Positions 28,706 to 37,605 are shown, counted from the first letter of the stretch. The stretch: 57,309 bases of DNA from a virus (IMGVR_UViG_3300033183_000118:1-57309), one strand, 5' to 3'. Made by a program: numbers and translations. The notes: generated from the letters alone by a model not told the origin.

Positions 28706-30584
28706 GTATTTGGATCGCGGCTGGGCCGTTATCCCTATCAAGGGCGACAAGAGACCCGCAATAAAGTGGGCAGACTTCCAACAGAGGCACCCGACTGAAG
28801 AAGAAGTCGTAGACTGGTGGACCAAATGGCCAGACTACGACATCGCAGTCATCACAGGTGAAATAAGCGGGATCGTCGTAGTCGATTGTGACAACGAGGA
28901 AGCCGTGGACGCAGCCCAAGAAGCGGGTATGCAAAGTCCAATAAGGGTGAAGACCAAGCGCGGTCTTCACCTTTACTTTGAACACCCCAAGGATGGCATT
29001 CGTCGTGGCCCACGGGCAGGTGTGAATAGCCGAGGAGCAGACTGGCCAAAGATCAATGGCCTAGACTTCAGGGGCGATGGCAGCTACGCGCTGCTTCCCC
29101 CATCCAACAATTACGAGTGGACAATACCGCCATACATGGACTGGGATGAGATGCCCATGTGGCGTGACTGGCGTCCGACGCTGAAGGAAGACCGTCTTAC
29201 AGCAGACTTCACCTTCTCAAAGCTCGACCTGTCTTCGATTGACCCCCTTGATCCAGACGAGTTCATCAGCGAATGGGATCGCACCGCCAAGTATGTAGTC
29301 GAACACTTCCCATCGACCAAGAAAATACCAACTGGTGCGGGTAACGGACGCAACGAGCGTGTGATGCGTTACATCAGCGAGAGTATTCTGGAAGGTTTCT
29401 TTGGTCCAGAGCTACGCGTGCGTGGCTTCGCCTTTATGAATGAGTTCTTTGAGGAGAACCTAGACGAGCGAGAGTTCGAGGCGACAGTCCAATCCATGGA
29501 GCAAGCCGAGCGTCGGAACCATCCCGAACGCTTCGACGACAAGGGCCAGTACATATATAGCCGAGACCTGACACCAAAGAAGGAAGAAAACAAGAAGCGC
29601 AAGCTCATTCAGATGCGGGATGCGGAGCAACTTTTAGAGGAAGCAGACGCAAAAACCTATTTGATAGAACCGTGGCTTCCTGCTAATACAATCGTGCAGG
29701 TTTTCGGATATTCTGGGCATGGGAAATCCTTGTTCGTGCAGCACGCTGTAACGGCGTTGTGCGCAGGAAGGAAATACTTTGGACCGTTTGAGATCGGTCG
29801 ACCTGCACGAGTTCTCTACCTCGACTTTGAAATGGGCATGGCCACGATTGCCAGACGTCTGATGGAGATGCGCCAGATGCATGGTGACACCCAAGACCGC
29901 CTGAATATCTGGACACCATTCATCGAGGGACGGGAGATCGACTTGCAGACGCGAGAAGGTCTCCTCGATCTACAAGAATGGATCAAGTTTGCTGGCCCAG
30001 ACGTCGTCGTGATCGACACCATCCGCTCTGCATACCCAGGGATGGCGGAAAATTCGGCAGACGAATGGGCAAAAGTAAACAAGCTGGCGGTCACGTTGCG
30101 AAACTCTGGCCTTGCAGTCATCCTTATTCACCACAGCAACAAGCCATCCGAGAGTGGCGTCGGCAGGGAAGCTGGCTCAACGAACCAGTTGACCGTCTTG
30201 GAGACGCAGATCAGGGTGGCTCAAGTCTTCAGGGATGAGGAGACCGCAAAGCAAAACGCTGGCTTGTACGACGGCAACTATGACAACCCCGTCTGGCCTT
30301 TGCTGGAGAGCAAGCTGCCACCAGAGTATCGTCTGTATATGGTTATGGAAATTCGGTACGGGAAGGTGCGTGAATGGACTGACCTACATGACCGTGTGCA
30401 GTGGATTGGCTATGCGGCACACAATACAACAGACGAAAAGATCGTCGTGAGCAGCAAGTCTACCAAGCAGCGTGCAAAAGACATGGCCCTAGAGGGTCTG
30501 TCTGCACCTGCTATTTCTGATAAGCTGCATCGACCTCTACGGTTGGTCCGTGAGTGGCTCGAACTTCCAGATACTTCTTCCTAG
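28674..30584 (+). CDS. Bifunctional primase-polymerase (PrimPol) fused to a RepA/AAA_25 helicase
   Basis: GWAVIPI, IVVVDCD, KTKRGLHLYF, LDFRGDGSYALLPPS; GYSGHGKS Walker A, VVVIDT Walker B, IHHSNK. Confidence 0.9.
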   Translation: MTKTKLEAALEYLDRGWAVIPIKGDKRPAIKWADFQQRHPTEEEVVDWWTKWPDYDIAVITGEISGIVVVDCDNEEAVDAAQEAGMQSPIRVKTKRGLHLYFEHPKDGIRRGPRAGVNSRGADWPKINGLDFRGDGSYALLPPSNNYEWTIPPYMDWDEMPMWRDWRPTLKEDRLTADFTFSKLDLSSIDPLDPDEFISEWDRTAKYVVEHFPSTKKIPTGAGNGRNERVMRYISESILEGFFGPELRVRGFAFMNEFFEENLDEREFEATVQSMEQAERRNHPERFDDKGQYIYSRDLTPKKEENKKRKLIQMRDAEQLLEEADAKTYLIEPWLPANTIVQVFGYSGHGKSLFVQHAVTALCAGRKYFGPFEIGRPARVLYLDFEMGMATIARRLMEMRQMHGDTQDRLNIWTPFIEGREIDLQTREGLLDLQEWIKFAGPDVVVIDTIRSAYPGMAENSADEWAKVNKLAVTLRNSGLAVILIHHSNKPSESGVGREAGSTNQLTVLETQIRVAQVFRDEETAKQNAGLYDGNYDNPVWPLLESKLPPEYRLYMVMEIRYGKVREWTDLHDRVQWIGYAAHNTTDEKIVVSSKSTKQRAKDMALEGLSAPAISDKLHRPLRLVREWLELPDTSS

Positions 30585-30768
30585 CTTTTATCTCTTCGGG
30601 CGTAAGGTGGCGCACAGACGTCACCTTCGCCTCTGGGAAGTGGTCTCGAACTCTATCAACTAACTCTGCAATCTCTGGATACTTGCGACGGTTTTCCTCG
30701 ACAAGTTTCTTCCGCATAAGCTCTTCGTAGCGTAGCTTATCTGCTGCAATTTCTTTCTTAGTTGCCAT
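30511..30768 (-). CDS. Hypothetical protein
   Basis: 85 aa, protein-like composition; upstream leftward TTGACT-N16-TAAAAT (30910-30883). Confidence 0.55.
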   Translation of the reverse strand: MATKKEIAADKLRYEELMRKKLVEENRRKYPEIAELVDRVRDHFPEAKVTSVRHLTPEEIKARKKYLEVRATHGPTVEVDAAYQK

Positions 30769-30780
30769 ATTTTCTCAGAA

Positions 30781-30889
30781 TTAAAATCGTCTAGGCGTGT
30801 GACGTTGTCACCTCGACGTTGCTGTCGTTTAACGACCGAGGCAGGCACTTCCGTGCCTGTCTCGGCCTAACGTCTCGCGACGATTTTAA
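30781..30889. other. Multibranched inverted-repeat element (candidate origin or structured RNA)
   Basis: 11-bp outer stem enclosing four further stems; see findings. Confidence 0.65.
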
Positions 30890-30918
30890 CTTTCTTGGTG
30901 GGAAAGTCAACACCTTTG

Positions 30919-30960
30919 ACACCTTTGGGTGTTGATTTTTAGTAGCGTTGCTTATACATT
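30919..30960 (+). promoter_or_regulatory. ACACC-N4-GGTGT palindrome plus TTGATT-N17-TACATT promoter overlapped by AGTA-N10-TACA
   Basis: Palindrome 30919-30932 is the exact reverse complement of 28422-28435. Confidence 0.6.
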
Positions 30961-30994
30961 TGCAGCATAACTAACTGTGCGACAAGGAAATATC

Positions 30995-31288
30995 ATGCCA
31001 AAGATGGTTCACGTCTCAGACGCGGACCTGAGTTGGCTCAAAGATAACCATCACGAATACTCTTACCAAGACATGGCCAAACGTATTGGATGCTGTGTCG
31101 ACACCCTGAAGAGAATACTTGTACGAGAAGGTCTTCAGGAATTTGACGGAGCCAAGTATCAGGTTCGCACAATCGACAAAACAAAAATATGGACACGTCC
31201 CTGCATGTCTTGCGGGGAGGAAGAAGAACGTCCTCGGTTCTGGTACTTCTGTCGTAGCTGTAGAAAAACAATGGGATACACCGAATGA
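30995..31288 (+). CDS. HTH + Zn-finger regulator (GcrA-like N-terminus), candidate late-gene activator
   Basis: SDADLSWLKDN..YSYQDMAKRIGCCVDTLKRILVREGL HTH; CxxC...CxxC at the C-terminus. Confidence 0.6.
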   Translation: MPKMVHVSDADLSWLKDNHHEYSYQDMAKRIGCCVDTLKRILVREGLQEFDGAKYQVRTIDKTKIWTRPCMSCGEEEERPRFWYFCRSCRKTMGYTE

Positions 31289-31665
31289 CCAAAGCGCATA
31301 AGCGTAAGGGCGACGCATATGAGAGAGAGTTAGCAGCATACATCAACGACGCAACAGGGTTGAACTGTTCTCGCGCACCCCTATCAGGCGGGGGAAAGGT
31401 CGGGATGCACGGCACCGCAGACTTAATCGGAACGCCAGCACTATTCGTCGAAGCCAAACGAGTAGAGCGACTAAACTTTCACGACGCACTCAAGCAAGCA
31501 GAAACCAATATCCAAAAGACCAACAGCATGTGCATGCCTGTCGTCGTCAACAGACGATCCAGAATGAAAACAGGCGAAAGCCTCTGCCTCCTCAGACTTG
31601 ACGATCTTCTCAAGCTCTATCGCTGTTACCTCGTCCTCAACGGCTACACAAAGGACGACCACTAA
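31285..31665 (+). CDS. Holliday junction resolvase (Hjc-like PD-(D/E)XK)
   Basis: KGDAYERELA...RAPLSG...ADL...FVEAKR. Confidence 0.85.
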   Translation: MTKAHKRKGDAYERELAAYINDATGLNCSRAPLSGGGKVGMHGTADLIGTPALFVEAKRVERLNFHDALKQAETNIQKTNSMCMPVVVNRRSRMKTGESLCLLRLDDLLKLYRCYLVLNGYTKDDH

Positions 31666-31683
31666 CGTCTTCGATGCCATAAT
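31653..31683 (+). promoter_or_regulatory. Putative late promoter GGACGA-N19-CATAAT
   Basis: Motif copy ahead of the basic-protein cluster. Confidence 0.8.
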
Positions 31684-31704
31684 CCTCAAGAAAGCGAGGA
31701 CATC

Positions 31705-31980
31705 ATGGCTGCAAAGAAAAAGAAACGCTGCAACGTATCCCTTTCCGTCAAGCGCGGAGAGAAGAAACCTGCTTCGCAGGGCGCTGGTCTAACCGCAAAG
31801 GGTCGTGCCAAGTACAATAAAGCCTGTGGCTCTAAACTCAAAGCCCCCCAACCATCTGGCGGTTCTCGCAAGAAATCCTACTGCTCACGCAGCGCAGGCC
31901 AGATGAAGATGCACAACATCAACTGCTCCAAGACGCCAGAAAAACGTATCTGCGCAGCCCGCAGACGTTGGAAGTGCTGA
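31705..31980 (+). CDS. Small basic Cys-containing protein (DUF6321-like)
   Basis: GLTAKGRAKYN...LKAP...RKKSYCSRS...RRWKC pattern recalled from marine phages. Confidence 0.75.
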   Translation: MAAKKKKRCNVSLSVKRGEKKPASQGAGLTAKGRAKYNKACGSKLKAPQPSGGSRKKSYCSRSAGQMKMHNINCSKTPEKRICAARRRWKC

Positions 31981-32549
31981 TGGCAGACCCCAAAGACATA
32001 GCAGATGAAATCTTTAAGTGGTCCAACGAAGTCGTCGAGACCCCACTAGAAGTCTTCGGTGGCCTCCCCGCCTGCCCGTTTGCACGGGCGGCGTGGACGC
32101 AACAAAACGTCATGCTTCACGTTCTCTACGACATCGACGTCGTCACCGACATCAAGCTCGCCATCAATCCCTTCGCCCCCAACGTACACATCTGCGCATG
32201 GGTAGACTACGAAGAGATGACAGCCGACGAGTTCCAAGCGTGGATCGACCATCACAACGAGAACCACTTCGGCGTCTGGCTCATGGGCTTCCACCCAGAA
32301 AGCCAAGAAAATACCATGACACCTGAGTTCGATGGCATCGTTGAGGACGACTACGCCCTAGTTCTTGTGCAATCATTGCAACATCTGGTGGGGGCGTCCG
32401 ACAAACTTCGTCGCACAAGTTACTACGACGCATTCTCACCAGAGGACATGTCATACATCAACTACCGCAAGGAAATTTACGATGCGTGGAATGAAAAAAT
32501 CAGTACGCAAAAAGCCTTCCTCTACCAAGAAGAAGAAGCGATAAACTAG
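31980..32549 (+). CDS. DUF1415-like acidic protein
   Basis: CPFARAAW and MGFHPE motifs; TGATG coupling. Confidence 0.6.
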   Translation: MADPKDIADEIFKWSNEVVETPLEVFGGLPACPFARAAWTQQNVMLHVLYDIDVVTDIKLAINPFAPNVHICAWVDYEEMTADEFQAWIDHHNENHFGVWLMGFHPESQENTMTPEFDGIVEDDYALVLVQSLQHLVGASDKLRRTSYYDAFSPEDMSYINYRKEIYDAWNEKISTQKAFLYQEEEAIN

Positions 32550-32558
32550 GAGGCCAGC

Positions 32559-32738
32559 ATGGCAAGAATACGCAAAGATAGAGGTGTCGTCTTCGGCACA
32601 TCTGGAATGTCCAGCCGCAACCAGCCAGTCATGGGCGGCAACCAATTCCAAAACGCTTCGAACGTGTCTTCACAGTTCGGTTCATCCCTGTCCCGCACCC
32701 CAGTCTACTTGGGTCGCCAACGGTCGATGCGTCGATGA
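32559..32738 (+). CDS. 59-aa basic protein (MARIRKDRGVVFG...)
   Basis: GGAGG RBS; manually translated; ATGA overlap with next ORF. Confidence 0.65.
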   Translation: MARIRKDRGVVFGTSGMSSRNQPVMGGNQFQNASNVSSQFGSSLSRTPVYLGRQRSMRR

Positions 32739-32845
32739 AGTCTCGTCAAGTCAAATCAGTCGGTCGCAAGACCAAGTCAGCCAACATGCAGCACGACGTC
32801 TGTCCCTGCGTCTTGGCTAACAACAAAAGGAGTAAGTCCAAATGA
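32735..32845 (+). CDS. 36-aa basic protein with CPC motif
   Basis: ATGA overlaps at both ends. Confidence 0.55.
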   Translation: MKSRQVKSVGRKTKSANMQHDVCPCVLANNKRSKSK

Positions 32846-32991
32846 TGGGTCGTAAAAAACCAATGCGTCGTGGGGCAGGTCCGAAGATCAACCCACGCCA
32901 AGCGCAAATGATGATGGCTAGGATGAACCCTGCCCAGCGCAAGAAGGTAATGATGATGGCGCAGCAAGTCTTGGCAAGAGGCCGCCGCTAA
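32842..32991 (+). CDS. 49-aa Met/Arg-rich basic protein (MMGRKKPMRRGAG...)
   Basis: AAGGAG RBS; TAATG coupling to next ORF. Confidence 0.65.
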   Translation: MMGRKKPMRRGAGPKINPRQAQMMMARMNPAQRKKVMMMAQQVLARGRR

Positions 32992-33149
32992 TGCCTGCAA
33001 AGAAGAAGAAGGCTGCCAAAAAAGACGCTTGCTACAGCAAGGTCAAGGCTCGCTACAAAGTCTGGCCTTCTGCTTACGCGTCTGGCGCACTCGTTCAGTG
33101 CCGCAAGGTCGGCGCAAAGAACTGGGGCAACAAGAGTAAAAAGAAATGA
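32991..33149 (+). CDS. 52-aa basic protein (KDACYSKVKARYKVWPSAYASGALVQCRK; DUF5872-like)
   Basis: Manually translated; motif recalled from cyanophage proteins. Confidence 0.75.
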   Translation: MPAKKKKAAKKDACYSKVKARYKVWPSAYASGALVQCRKVGAKNWGNKSKKK

Positions 33150-33343
33150 GCGATCTTCGCAAATGGTTCAGCCAGAACGGTGGCAAAGGATGGATCGACT
33201 GCAAGACAGGGAAGCCTTGCGGTCGCAAGAAGGGTGAGAAGCGCAAGTCTTATCCCGCCTGTCGTCCTACCAAGAAGCAATGCACGTCTGCCGCTCGCAA
33301 GAAGACAAGCTCAAAACGTATTAGTTGGAAGAAAAAGAAATGA
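33146..33343 (+). CDS. 65-aa basic Cys-containing protein (LRKWF...CGR...YPACRP)
   Basis: ATGA-coupled; motif recalled from marine viruses. Confidence 0.75.
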   Translation: MSDLRKWFSQNGGKGWIDCKTGKPCGRKKGEKRKSYPACRPTKKQCTSAARKKTSSKRISWKKKK

Positions 33344-34290
33344 CTTTCTCATCTAACATGGAAGGTCGAGACATCGTCTCCCTCATCAACGAAACAGCAT
33401 CAGCCCTTGGCGCTGACCCTGTCGACCTAGCCACCGTCATCTCTTACGAGACAGGCGGCACCTTCGATCCCATGGAAGTCGGCCCAACCACCAAGTGGGG
33501 TACGCACCGTGGCCTCATCCAGTTTGGCGAGCCACAAGCTGAACAGTATGGCGCAGACTTCTCATCCGCAGACGCAGCCCTCACCTCGCAACTCGGAGCC
33601 AACGGAGCAATCGTCAGATACCTCCGCCAGAACGGCTATCAAGAAGGCATGGGCATCCTCGACCTGTATTCGATCATCAACGCAGGCGCACCCAACATGT
33701 ATGGCGCATCAGATGAAGCGTCTGGCGGCGCTCCAGGGACTGTTCGCGACAAGGTGACGTTCCAAATGGGCGACCATCGCACAAAAGCCTTGGCCCTGCT
33801 CGGCAACGAACACCCACAACCAGACGCCATGGCCTCTGCCATCAACGCAGCAGTCGCAGAAGCAATCGACTACGACCCAGACGCACCCAACATACAAGCG
33901 TCAAACGCAATGAACCAAGACCCATCCGCGCCCCCTTCGGGCGCGTCTGGGCAACAAAAGAAAATTGACAGCAGCGTAACCGACGCAGCTAACGAAGCCC
34001 AACGTCGTGAAGCCTATCGCGCGGCCCAAGAATTTATCTTCTCGATGACCCCCCAACAACGCATGATGGAGAAGCAACTCTACTACAAAGCGCAGTTGGA
34101 ACAGGGAGAAGCCCGTGGCTTCGACCAGTGGTTTACCAACACGCGCTTTGGAAACTACGCCCAAGAGTACATGAACGGCGACCAAGCCTTCGTAAACCAA
34201 CTCTCTGGCCCCCAACAAGTCTTGCTGCAACAGCTCACAGCAAACGTACCCCAAGCTCAGTCCTTCGCCCACTACCTGATGGGCGTATAG
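33340..34290 (+). CDS. Lysozyme-like / transglycosylase-domain protein
   Basis: LATVISYETGGTFDP...RGLIQFG lysozyme-superfamily motifs in the N-terminal ~150 aa. Confidence 0.7.
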   Translation: MTFSSNMEGRDIVSLINETASALGADPVDLATVISYETGGTFDPMEVGPTTKWGTHRGLIQFGEPQAEQYGADFSSADAALTSQLGANGAIVRYLRQNGYQEGMGILDLYSIINAGAPNMYGASDEASGGAPGTVRDKVTFQMGDHRTKALALLGNEHPQPDAMASAINAAVAEAIDYDPDAPNIQASNAMNQDPSAPPSGASGQQKKIDSSVTDAANEAQRREAYRAAQEFIFSMTPQQRMMEKQLYYKAQLEQGEARGFDQWFTNTRFGNYAQEYMNGDQAFVNQLSGPQQVLLQQLTANVPQAQSFAHYLMGV

Positions 34291-34320
34291 GACGAAACCT
34301 TGGCCCTGTTCTGATACCCT
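34290..34320 (+). promoter_or_regulatory. Putative late promoter GGACGA-N19-TACCCT
   Basis: Motif overlaps the upstream TAG stop. Confidence 0.65.
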
Positions 34321-34374
34321 AAACATACCTCACTTCACCTGACTTCACTGAACGACGACAGAACAGGTGTGTTT

Positions 34375-34827
34375 ATGGACCCTCTCACAACAGGCATAGC
34401 AGCATTCAACGCCATCAAGATGGGCGTCCGCGCGGGTAAGGAAATCCATTCCCTCGGCAAAGAGATCGGGTCTCTCTTCGACGCAATCGACGACAGTCGC
34501 AAGACGCACGAGAAAAAGAAACGCCGCTCAATCCTCACCGCCAACGAGGAAGCCATGGAAACTTTCATGGCCAAGAAGAAAGCGGAAGACATGGAGAAAC
34601 AGCTACGCGAAATCATAATCCATACGCGTGGTCTCTCCGCATGGCAGGAACTCCTGCAAATAAGACGCGACATCCGTCTCCAACGCAAGGAAGCGGAACG
34701 CCAAGCAAAGAAGGAGCGGCAAGAAAAAATCGAGGCTATCGCAATAGGCGCAACCATATTCGTCGCAGCCATCGCCGTGATCGGCATCGCCTATCTCATC
34801 TATCTCAGAAGTAAAGGTGACATATGA
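34375..34827 (+). CDS. Coiled-coil protein with C-terminal TM helix
   Basis: MDPLTTGIAAFNAIK N-terminus; hydrophobic C-terminal helix. Confidence 0.75.
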   Translation: MDPLTTGIAAFNAIKMGVRAGKEIHSLGKEIGSLFDAIDDSRKTHEKKKRRSILTANEEAMETFMAKKKAEDMEKQLREIIIHTRGLSAWQELLQIRRDIRLQRKEAERQAKKERQEKIEAIAIGATIFVAAIAVIGIAYLIYLRSKGDI

Positions 34828-35000
34828 CGTGGTATCTCGTACTCATCACACACATGATGGTCCAAACACCCCATGGCCCTACTCTCGCACAAGTCTGCCA
34901 CTACAAGACGGACCCTGAACAAAAATGGGAGGACAGACGCTTCTACGTTGTCCCCCCATCCTACGTTTGTCCGAAGTCTTACAAAGAAAAGTCGGCCTAA
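34824..35000 (+). CDS. 58-aa protein with hydrophobic N-terminus and two Cys
   Basis: ATGA-coupled; manually translated. Confidence 0.55.
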   Translation: MTWYLVLITHMMVQTPHGPTLAQVCHYKTDPEQKWEDRRFYVVPPSYVCPKSYKEKSA

Positions 35001-35161
35001 GCCTTCTTATCCTGACGTTCCAAGAGCAATCGGGCTAGATGCCCGATGCTCTCAGCCCTTTGCTTGATGGTCATGCGTGGCGGAACTCTCGCCGCATCCA
35101 TCGCAATCACGTCTGCTGCCCTTACAATCTGATCGACGATCTTCTTATCTTCATCATCCAT
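34997..35161 (-). CDS. Small hypothetical protein
   Basis: GGAGG RBS; coupled to the upstream HTH gene. Confidence 0.55.
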   Translation of the reverse strand: MDDEDKKIVDQIVRAADVIAMDAARVPPRMTIKQRAESIGHLARLLLERQDKKA

Positions 35162-35412
35162 CACAGCAGACCTCCCAACCAAGACGTCATGTACTTCATG
35201 GCCTTTGGCCCCACTGAAACACCCTGCGTGTTCTTTGCGACAACTCCAATGTGATCCAGTGTTACCAAGTTCCTAGCGAGTGTCGAGCGTTTGATGCCCG
35301 TCTCGTCTTCAAGCTCACTCAGCGTCAGCTTGTACTTTTTTTCGCTGTTTTTTTCCAGCGCCTTCAGCACCAGTATCGCTACTGTCACTTGCTTGTGTGT
35401 CAACCTGTGCAT
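35161..35412 (-). CDS. IclR-like winged-HTH protein
   Basis: LTLSELEDETGIKRSTLARNLVTLDHIGVV. Confidence 0.75.
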   Translation of the reverse strand: MHRLTHKQVTVAILVLKALEKNSEKKYKLTLSELEDETGIKRSTLARNLVTLDHIGVVAKNTQGVSVGPKAMKYMTSWLGGLL

Positions 35413-35638
35413 CGCCCTGCTCCCGATCTTGCACTCTCATTACTGTGTTCATAGTCCAACCAGTGCTATTCAATGCACCTTTCAAATTGTCCAAGACCAA
35501 GACCGCGCCCTGCTTATTCAAGACGTTCTCGGTGAACACAGTCTCAACGCCCAGTATCTGCTCACCGTTCTTCACGATATACAGATCACCAACGTGTACC
35601 ATCTGTGGCTGCTGCTGCTCTTCATTCGCCTGTGACAT
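35315..35638 (-). CDS. Hypothetical protein
   Basis: Start MSQANEE after GGAG; overlaps next gene by about 100 nt. Confidence 0.5.
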   Translation of the reverse strand: MSQANEEQQQPQMVHVGDLYIVKNGEQILGVETVFTENVLNKQGAVLVLDNLKGALNSTGWTMNTVMRVQDREQGDAQVDTQASDSSDTGAEGAGKKQRKKVQADAE

Positions 35639-35849
35639 TATCCAACTCCTCTTTCGTTTCATGGATGTCGACCCTGCAATCAATCAGGGCGTCTAAAATT
35701 TCCTTCAAAAAGTTTTTCACATAAGGAGACTGACTATCATCGCACTCCTTTTGCGCAGCTTCGATGATGTTATCCAAGATGTTATCCATCTCGTCCAAGT
35801 CCTCTTCATTTGCGACGACCTGAAAGTTTACTCTGATTATGTTACTCAC
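35622..35849 (-). CDS. Small acidic hypothetical protein
   Basis: 75 aa, GTG start with GGAG RBS, downstream of operator 35867-35884. Confidence 0.6.
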   Translation of the reverse strand: MSNIIRVNFQVVANEEDLDEMDNILDNIIEAAQKECDDSQSPYVKNFLKEILDALIDCRVDIHETKEELDNVTGE

Positions 35850-35866
35850 TGATGCACTCCATCATT

Positions 35867-35884
35867 TGTATTGTTGACACTACA
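35867..35884. promoter_or_regulatory. TGTA-N10-TACA operator
   Basis: TGTATTGTTGACACTACA followed by GGTGTC as in the other copies. Confidence 0.6.
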
Positions 35885-35917
35885 GGTGTCTGCGACGTCT
35901 GTAAACACACCATATCT

Positions 35918-36173
<256 letters not shown>

Positions 36174-36183
<10 letters not shown>

Positions 36184-37172
36184 CGCACACCTAGAAGACC
36201 TACGGTGTCCTCAAGGTGTGATGGCGCAAGGTGACTGTAACGCATGACCATTGACAGTGAACTGTGGCCAAGCAAGTCAGCCACCGCTCTTAGCGACGCG
36301 CCCCTCTGCACCAGTAACGATGCAAATGTGTGACGCATATCGTGCGGCCTAAAATCCTCAATGGCTGCACGTCTCGTGGCCCTGTAGAAATAATCGTAGA
36401 AATTATCTCTGTGCCACATACCCCCTGCGGGGTTCGGGAAGACCAAACCTGTACCTCTCTCCCCTATGGCTCTGGCAGCGTCGTCGACTAACGGCACGGC
36501 TCTGTACCGCGTCTTGCCCGACGTTCCCTTGCGCGTTCCGAAAGTCGCCCGACCATCCACGATGTCGGACCACTCCAGACGAAACGCCTCGCCAAGCCTC
36601 GCCCCTGTAAAGAACAGGAACGTGACCAATCTCTCAATCTCTGGCTCACATGCCTCGATGAGCGCATCCCGCTCATCTTCGTCGAGCCACCGTGTGCGGC
36701 TGTCGTCGACCTTCGGCTTCTTCAACCGCAAGTCTGGCACATCCAGTCCCATGTCTCGTGCATGGTTCAGCATGGCCATGATGCTGTTGATCTCCCGCTT
36801 TACGGTCGACGCTTTGTTCCCACGACTATTCACCCACAACATAACATCGGCAACAGTCAGCCTATCCAGACGCGTCTTGCCCACGGCACTATCAAAGCGC
36901 CCCAGTATCCCCACATCTGTCTCGCCAACCTTGTTTGGCCTGTCCAAGAACAGCCTAATCGCCTGTCCCACAGTCACACTAGACGTCGCGCCCTTCTCAA
37001 GACGCCCATCCAACGCATCCCTAAGTATCCGCCCCATGGCTTCTTGCGCATGTGGCTTCATACCCCGACCAAACCCAGTGCTTTTGCGGACGCGTAGTCG
37101 ATCACCAGTTGGCGTGACCACGGTCCCACTCACTTGCCAAACATCGTTACGCAATGTCAGTCGTAGTGTCAT
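36174..37172 (-). CDS. int: Tyrosine recombinase / phage integrase
   Basis: TGARLGE (R), K, HDMRHTFAS (H-x-x-R), LLGHS, RYSH (Y). Confidence 0.95.
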
Positions 37173-37605
37173 TCCTCTTCTCCGCATACAAACGAGCGAA
37201 CGGATCAGGCTCAACAAACTCGGCGTCCCAATCCTTGGGCAGCCCACCTGTCATCATCATGTATCCGTTGTCATCAATCTCGTCGAACTCCTTGTGCAGA
37301 CGATGGATAAGTTGTGCGCGTGAATTAACATTCAGTTTCCTGAACATCCCTCTCACATGCACCTTGGCCGTGTTGATGCTCACGCCCATCCTGTCTGCAA
37401 TTTCTTGGTTATCAGCCCCTCGCATCAGCATTTGCAATGCGACGTGCTGCTTCGTCGTGAACTTGTGCAGCACACTTTCCGTTGGGGTCGCCTTTGTTTC
37501 CGTTGGCGAGACTTCGCCGCCCGTAGTTGCGTCGTAGGCTTTCGCCATCAGCGCACCAAGTATTTGGTCGAGCTTCCACTCGATCCGATCCAGTTGAGTA
37601 GTCAT
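37147..37605 (-). CDS. LuxR-type HTH transcriptional regulator (no AHL-binding domain)
   Basis: GADNQEIADRMGVSINTAKVHVRGMFRKLNVNSRAQL. Confidence 0.9.
   Translation of the reverse strand: MTTQLDRIEWKLDQILGALMAKAYDATTGGEVSPTETKATPTESVLHKFTTKQHVALQMLMRGADNQEIADRMGVSINTAKVHVRGMFRKLNVNSRAQLIHRLHKEFDEIDDNGYMMMTGGLPKDWDAEFVEPDPFARLYAEKRNDTTTDIA

Noticed and set aside
36466-37323. 285-aa ORF antisense to the integrase
   Set aside because: Shadow ORF; the integrase strand carries all catalytic motifs
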